Shown here piece after piece: positions 56,146 through 64,000 of a stretch of 64,000 bases of DNA (the stretch's first letter is position 1; each line of letters opens with the position of its first letter). The DNA is from Thermoplasmata archaeon. GTDB taxonomy: Archaea > Thermoplasmatota > E2 > JACPAO01 > JAHFTW01. The notes under the pieces were generated by a model that was given only the letters and a program-made list of their open reading frames with translations, did no database searches and was not told the DNA's origin. The stretch lies in contig JAXDQS010000002.1 in the NCBI GenBank assembly GCA_034667725.1, positions 64,001 to 128,000 of the forward strand, read 5' to 3'. Made by a program: the position numbers and the translations under genes.

Positions 56146-57756
56146 CTAGCCGTGGCGCCGCTCGCCGGCCGTCCACGCCGACCGCACCTTCAGGCTCGCC
56201 GCGTCCTCCAGGTCGCCGTCCAGCACCACGAAGTCCGCCCATTTGCCGCGCTCCAGCGACCCGATCTCCTTCTCCCAATGCAGGCTCCAGGCGCTCCACC
56301 AAGTGTAATGCCAGATGGCCTCCGCCGGCGCCATCCGTTGTGCAGGGTCATGATGGGCTTGCGCCGCCCGGATCCCCAAGAGCGGCCCCGGCGGCATCCC
56401 GTCGCTCCCGAACGCCAGGCTCACCCCAGCCTCCAGCAGCGTCCGGAACCGGTTGTTGAGCCCCACCCGCTGCGCCCCCAGCCGCTCCTCGTACATGCCG
56501 CCCTTCGAGGACCAGGCGCCGACGAAGTTGGGCTGGCTGCTTGCCACCACCCCGAGCCGGGCGGTCTCCCGCAGCTGCTCGTCGTGGTGGACCTCGTAGT
56601 GCTCGATGCGGTGCCGCAGCCTGCCGCCGTCCCCCGGCAGCCCCGCGAACCCTTCCAGCGCCTGGTCGATGGCGGCGTCCCCGATGGCGTGGGCATGGAC
56701 CTGCATCCCCGCGGCGGCCGCCCGCCCGAACAGCCGGTGGACGTCGGCGTCGCCCCAGTTCAGCGTCCCCTGCGGGTGCGGGTGCCCGACGCAGCCGTGC
56801 CGCGACCGCCCCGCCTCGCCGCCGCAGTCCGCCGCCAGCCCGGCCGGCGCGTCCAGGTAGGGAGCGCGCAGGGCCGCCGTCCGGCCGCCCAAGGACCCGT
56901 CCAGGAACACCTTCAGCCCGCCGTCGCGCAGCCAGGGGGACCGGACCCGCCCGGTCTGGAACCCCGCCCCAATCTCGTTCTCCAACTGCTGGACGTACAC
57001 GGACGACGCGACCCGCAGCCGCAGCGTCCCGGCCGCCGCCGCCCGCAACAACGCCTCGCGATAGGGGGCCTGCGAGTAGTCGCCGACCGCCGTGATGCCG
57101 AGGGCCAGCGACTTGTCGGTCGCCAGCGCCAGCGCGCGGTCCAATCCCGCAGGCGGGACGGGCAGCACCTCGTTGAGGTAGAGGCTGGCGTCCTCCAGCA
57201 GCAACCCGGTCTCGGAATCCACAAGGTCGTCCTTGTCCCAGCGGGCCCGCACCATCGGCAGCGCGGCCGACCCCGCCACCGCGACGTGCCCGCAGACGCG
57301 CCGCAGCACGATGGGCCTGGCGGCCATCCCTGCCTGGGCGGCCGCGCGGTCCACGTCGGCGCGCGTGGGGCGCTCGCGCCTGGGCCAGCCCGACTCGTCC
57401 CACAGCTCCGCGATGACGGGGTCCGTGCCGGGATGGGCCTCCAGCCAAGCCCGGACGCGGGCGAGCGCGTCCTCCTTCGAGGTGGCGGCCGACAGGTCGG
57501 GCCGGGTGGTCTTGACGCCGATGTGCAGGAAATGGGTGTGCGCGTCGACGAAGCCGGGGATCACGATGGCGTCGCCCAGGTCCTCGACCGTCCAGCCGCG
57601 GGCGGCCGCCGCCGTCCGGACCTCCTTGGCCTTCCCGACCGCCACGATGCGGCCGGCCTCCCACGCCAGGCCCTCGGCCTCGGCCCGCCAGCCGTCGGGG
57701 CCGCCGGGCATCGGGCGGACCCGGGCGAGCAGGGCACCGGAGGCGGGGCTGGGCAT
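56146..57756 (-). CDS. Amidohydrolase (YtcJ-like)
   Basis: PGFVDAHTH, KVFLDGSLGGRTA, HAIGDAA, RHRIEH, FGSD, GKWADFVVL. Confidence 0.93.
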   Translation of the reverse strand: MPSPASGALLARVRPMPGGPDGWRAEAEGLAWEAGRIVAVGKAKEVRTAAAARGWTVEDLGDAIVIPGFVDAHTHFLHIGVKTTRPDLSAATSKEDALARVRAWLEAHPGTDPVIAELWDESGWPRRERPTRADVDRAAAQAGMAARPIVLRRVCGHVAVAGSAALPMVRARWDKDDLVDSETGLLLEDASLYLNEVLPVPPAGLDRALALATDKSLALGITAVGDYSQAPYREALLRAAAAGTLRLRVASSVYVQQLENEIGAGFQTGRVRSPWLRDGGLKVFLDGSLGGRTAALRAPYLDAPAGLAADCGGEAGRSRHGCVGHPHPQGTLNWGDADVHRLFGRAAAAGMQVHAHAIGDAAIDQALEGFAGLPGDGGRLRHRIEHYEVHHDEQLRETARLGVVASSQPNFVGAWSSKGGMYEERLGAQRVGLNNRFRTLLEAGVSLAFGSDGMPPGPLLGIRAAQAHHDPAQRMAPAEAIWHYTWWSAWSLHWEKEIGSLERGKWADFVVLDGDLEDAASLKVRSAWTAGERRHG

Positions 57757-57809
57757 GGCCCGCCCAACCGTCCGGGCATCATGACCCGTTCCGTTCCGCT
57801 TATGCTAGC

Positions 57810-58033
57810 CTCCACCCGAAACGGAGGTGTCCCGCCGGCGCGACCAGCGATCGAGGCCAACGCTGCCCAGAAACCGCCAATGCGTCCCCCCAGTTGTTTC
57901 CGCTGGAGCCCCCCAGGAGGAGTGTTACCAGCCCTGCCTTCGCGTGTTGCGCGAAATAGGAGGGGCACTTGCGTGCGCCTGGCCCCAATGTTACCAGTTG
58001 GGGCATAAACCCCCCCAGGTTTGTCGCGAACCC
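57810..58033. promoter_or_regulatory. Cluster of ORB-like boxes upstream of nrdJ
   Basis: CTCCACCCGAAACGGAGG (+), CTCCAGCGGAAACAACTGGGGGG (-), two CTGGTAACA...GGGG boxes (-), GCGCGAAATAGGAGGGG (+). Confidence 0.55.
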
Positions 58034-58153
58034 CGTGCGGCTTTGTCGCGCGGGGCCTGGCCTCACCGCTGGGATGGGATGCCATTCGGGAATGACGCGG
58101 GACGTTGGACGGACCCCCGCAGCGACCCTCTCCGTCCGCCTCAGAGGCTGTTC

Positions 58154-61435
<3,282 letters not shown>

Positions 61436-61538
61436 GCCAGTGATCCCCGCGACCTCCCACGCGGGCAGCCTCCCTCCTCCTTCTTTTCCATCCTTTTTCC
61501 CCCGCCAGCTTCAAGACGGGCCACGCCTGGGCAGGCGC

Positions 61539-61988
61539 ATGCGCTCCGTCCTTCTTGCCGCCGTCCTTGCCGCGCTCCTGTCCGGCTGCACGTCCCCCGA
61601 GCCGCCCGCCCAGCAGGACCCGGCGCCGCCCCCAGGCCCCGACCCGCTCTGGCTGCAGGACCACGAGTTCTTCCGCGCCGACTATACGGCCTCCGCGGCC
61701 GGCGACGCAGTCCTGGAGGTCGAGGTCCCCGCCAACGCCACGGATATCCGGTATGGCGCCACCCGCATCATAGACAACCTCCTGGTGCCCGGCTTCGCGG
61801 TCGAGCTGGAAGGCTGCGGCCGTGACATGCCCGACACCAACGACACCAGCGTCGGGATTGGCGTCTTCACAACTGGGGGCCTGCTGTGCGACGAGCTTGC
61901 GCCCGGCGTGCGCGCCTTGCGCATCACGGCGCCCATGAAGCCCGAGGTCGGCGAGGTCTTCCTCACGGCGCGGGTCCGGGTCCAGTAG
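61539..61988 (+). CDS. Secreted lipoprotein of unknown function
   Basis: MRSVLLAAVLAALLSGC lipobox; TTCAAG box about 24 nt upstream. Confidence 0.7.
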   Translation: MRSVLLAAVLAALLSGCTSPEPPAQQDPAPPPGPDPLWLQDHEFFRADYTASAAGDAVLEVEVPANATDIRYGATRIIDNLLVPGFAVELEGCGRDMPDTNDTSVGIGVFTTGGLLCDELAPGVRALRITAPMKPEVGEVFLTARVRVQ

Positions 61989-63624
61989 GCCGGCGCCGCC
62001 GCGCCACCAGCACCGCCAGCCCCACCGCCAGGAACGCCATGCCTGCCGCGGGGCTCGCCTGCGGCGGCGCCGTGTAGCCGACGACGTCGATGGCGTCGTC
62101 GCCGCTGTCGGCGACCCCGTCGCCGTCCAGGTCGGTCTCCTGGTCGTTGGCAACTCCGTCGCCGTCCAGGTCCGCGTCCTGGCCGTTGTCGACCCCGTCG
62201 CCGTCCAGGTCCGCGTCCTGCGCGTCCGGCGTGCCGTCCTGGTCCAGGTCGGGCGCGCTGGGGGCGACGTCGGCCGTCGCGAACAGGCCGCGGCCGCCCA
62301 CTTGGCGGTAGAGGCGGGCCGCCTGGTCGCGGTAGCCGGCCTGGGCGGCGGCGTCGGTGGCGCAGGCGCCGGTGCAGCCGTCGGCGAAGCCGATGTGGAC
62401 GCGGCCCTTCGAGTCGATCTTCATGTCGTTGAAGTCCAGGAGGTTGCGGCAGGTGCCGCTGGAGTCCACGACGGAGTCGAACACGCCGCCGCGCTGGACG
62501 GGGTCGTCGGAGACCCGGGCGACCGTCCAGGTCTGGCCGGCGTCGTAGCTGAAGGCGGTGTAGTAGCGCCACACCAGCTCCTCCTGCCGCTCGTCGCAGG
62601 CGTAGATCTTGTTCGAGCGCAGGTAGTCGAGGTCGGCGCCGGGGCCGCCCTCCAGCCCGAGGAAGCTCACGGCCACGCGGTCGTCGTCGCCGGCCTCGAG
62701 GTTGGTGAAGGCGCCGGCGACCACGGGCGGGTCGTGCAGGGCGCCGAGGTCGAGCCACTTGGACGGGGCGGTGTGGTTGGCGCCGAGGGTCTCCCAGGTG
62801 GCGCCTTCGTCCTTGGAGAGCGCGACGTGGACGCCGTGCTCGGAGGCCATGGCGTAGTAGAGCCAGCCGCCGGGGCGGGAGAACTGGAGGGCGGGGTCGA
62901 AGCCGTTGCTCCATTTGCCGGTGCCGGGGATCGGGTGCGAGGCCCAGGTGACGCCGCCGTCCGTGGAGGCGATGAAGCCGTGGTCGTTGCCGCAGTTGCC
63001 GACCGGGACGGCCACCATGCCGGTCGCGCGCGACACGCGGATGTGGCCGTGGAAGCCGCCGCAGGGGCCGGGGACGTCCTGGAACGGCAGGAAGGTCTGG
63101 CCGCCGTCGACGCTGCGGGCGCAACTGATGGGGCCGCCCTGGCCGCAGTAGTAGGCCACGTGCGGATGGGTGGGCGAGGCGGGGAGGACGCCCGCGGGCG
63201 GGCCGGTGCCGATGGACTGGTGGTCGAAGTTGAGGCCCGAGCACATGTTGGCGCTTGGCGTCCAGGTCTCGCCGTCGTCGTCGCTGACCATCATCTCGCT
63301 GCACGGCCCGAGCAGGCCGCCGGCGAAAATCCGGCCGGTGTCGGGGTCGGCCCAGAGCATGGGGTCGATGTTGAGGGGCACCTGGTAGGGCGGGGTCACG
63401 TCCACCCAGGTGGGGGTGTCGCCTTCCCAGGTCGCGCGCAGCGTGGTGGCCAGGCTGTGGAAGAACACATGGTCCGTGTTCCAGGGGATGCCGATGGTGG
63501 GCTCGGGCGCGGAGTCCACGGGCACCTGGAGCTCCACGAACTGGGCGGGGCCGGGCTCCCCGAACGCGGCGGCGACGGAGGGGGCGGCAAGCAGCAGGAG
63601 GGCCGCGGCGGCAAGGACGCGCAT
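61963..63624 (-). CDS. Secreted BNR/Asp-box (sialidase-like) beta-propeller protein with TSP3-like repeats and PGF-CTERM-like tail
   Basis: SDDDGETW, SVDGGQTF, STDGGVTW, SKDEGATW, SYDAGQTW; four DLDxDG repeats; SPAAG + TM + RRRR. Confidence 0.87.
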   Translation of the reverse strand: MRVLAAAALLLLAAPSVAAAFGEPGPAQFVELQVPVDSAPEPTIGIPWNTDHVFFHSLATTLRATWEGDTPTWVDVTPPYQVPLNIDPMLWADPDTGRIFAGGLLGPCSEMMVSDDDGETWTPSANMCSGLNFDHQSIGTGPPAGVLPASPTHPHVAYYCGQGGPISCARSVDGGQTFLPFQDVPGPCGGFHGHIRVSRATGMVAVPVGNCGNDHGFIASTDGGVTWASHPIPGTGKWSNGFDPALQFSRPGGWLYYAMASEHGVHVALSKDEGATWETLGANHTAPSKWLDLGALHDPPVVAGAFTNLEAGDDDRVAVSFLGLEGGPGADLDYLRSNKIYACDERQEELVWRYYTAFSYDAGQTWTVARVSDDPVQRGGVFDSVVDSSGTCRNLLDFNDMKIDSKGRVHIGFADGCTGACATDAAAQAGYRDQAARLYRQVGGRGLFATADVAPSAPDLDQDGTPDAQDADLDGDGVDNGQDADLDGDGVANDQETDLDGDGVADSGDDAIDVVGYTAPPQASPAAGMAFLAVGLAVLVARRRRPTGPGPAP

Positions 63625-63753
63625 CGCGGGGGACGGGGCAGGGACGTTCCTAAGGGTTGCGTCGGGCATGTCTCGAAGCGGCGGCCGGCTGCCGAGCCTT
63701 GCCACGCCTTGCGCGGGCAACCGTCAAGTCCTGGGCGGTCGATGACCCCACTG

Positions 63754-64000
63754 ATGGCGTCCAACGCGTCCAACCTGCCCCCGGTCTTCCTCGACGGCCA
63801 GCGCGTGTTCCTGCAAGGCGACCCCTGCCCGCCGGTGGCCAAGATCCTTGAGGCCGGCGGCAAGTCCTCGGACCAGGTCGAGGTCGTCCGCGTCAAGGGC
63901 CAGAGCGACAGCCGCGTCCTGCCGTTGCGGCTGTGGGACACCATCGACCGGACCCGCGAGTCCTCGGAGGGCGTCCACCTCAAGTCCGTCCCCAAGCCGA
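63754..64000 (+). CDS. Hypothetical protein, truncated by the window end (possibly beta-grasp fold)
   Basis: MASNASNLPPVFLDGQRVFL... open to 64000; not in the ORF track. Confidence 0.55.
   Translation, partial: MASNASNLPPVFLDGQRVFLQGDPCPPVAKILEAGGKSSDQVEVVRVKGQSDSRVLPLRLWDTIDRTRESSEGVHLKSVPKP

Noticed and set aside
62100-62250. Regularly spaced ~39-bp repeats (also 35170-35650) that could look like a CRISPR array
   Set aside because: They are in-frame coding repeats for DxDxDG calcium-binding motifs.

Overview
A 64-kb chromosomal window from a very GC-rich archaeon. Archaeal markers are aIF2-gamma followed by a PIN gene, rpo6/rpoK-rps2, RadB, a ThiR-like HTH-ThiN regulator and a CCA-less tRNA-Ser. 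The mix of these with many bacterial-type aerobic metabolic genes suggests Thermoplasmatota (inference). Content is mostly housekeeping and metabolic: FumC, mitochondrial-type aconitase, acyl-CoA dehydrogenase and ligase, two FAH-family proteins, a CopA-type ATPase, an aminotransferase, K+-independent H+-PPase, a DHS-like enzyme, a thiamine ABC transporter, class II RNR and several secreted surface proteins. Accessory parts are a Dcm/Vsr/MutH-type cassette abutting tRNA-Ser and a surface-protein cluster ending in a frameshifted PD-(D/E)xK-like gene. The most unusual signals are non-coding. (1) A ~60-bp multi-hairpin element with a 30-bp identical core sits at two loci between two copies of the neighbouring host sequence, and the copies differ mainly at neutral positions (synonymous codons, or the promoter spacer of a tRNA). 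This suggests a tiny element that arrives with an allelic piece of its target. (2) Three clusters of ORB-like (Orc1/Cdc6-binding) boxes are present with no cdc6 gene in the window, including one directly upstream of nrdJ. No CRISPR array, rRNA, transposase or integrase was found.
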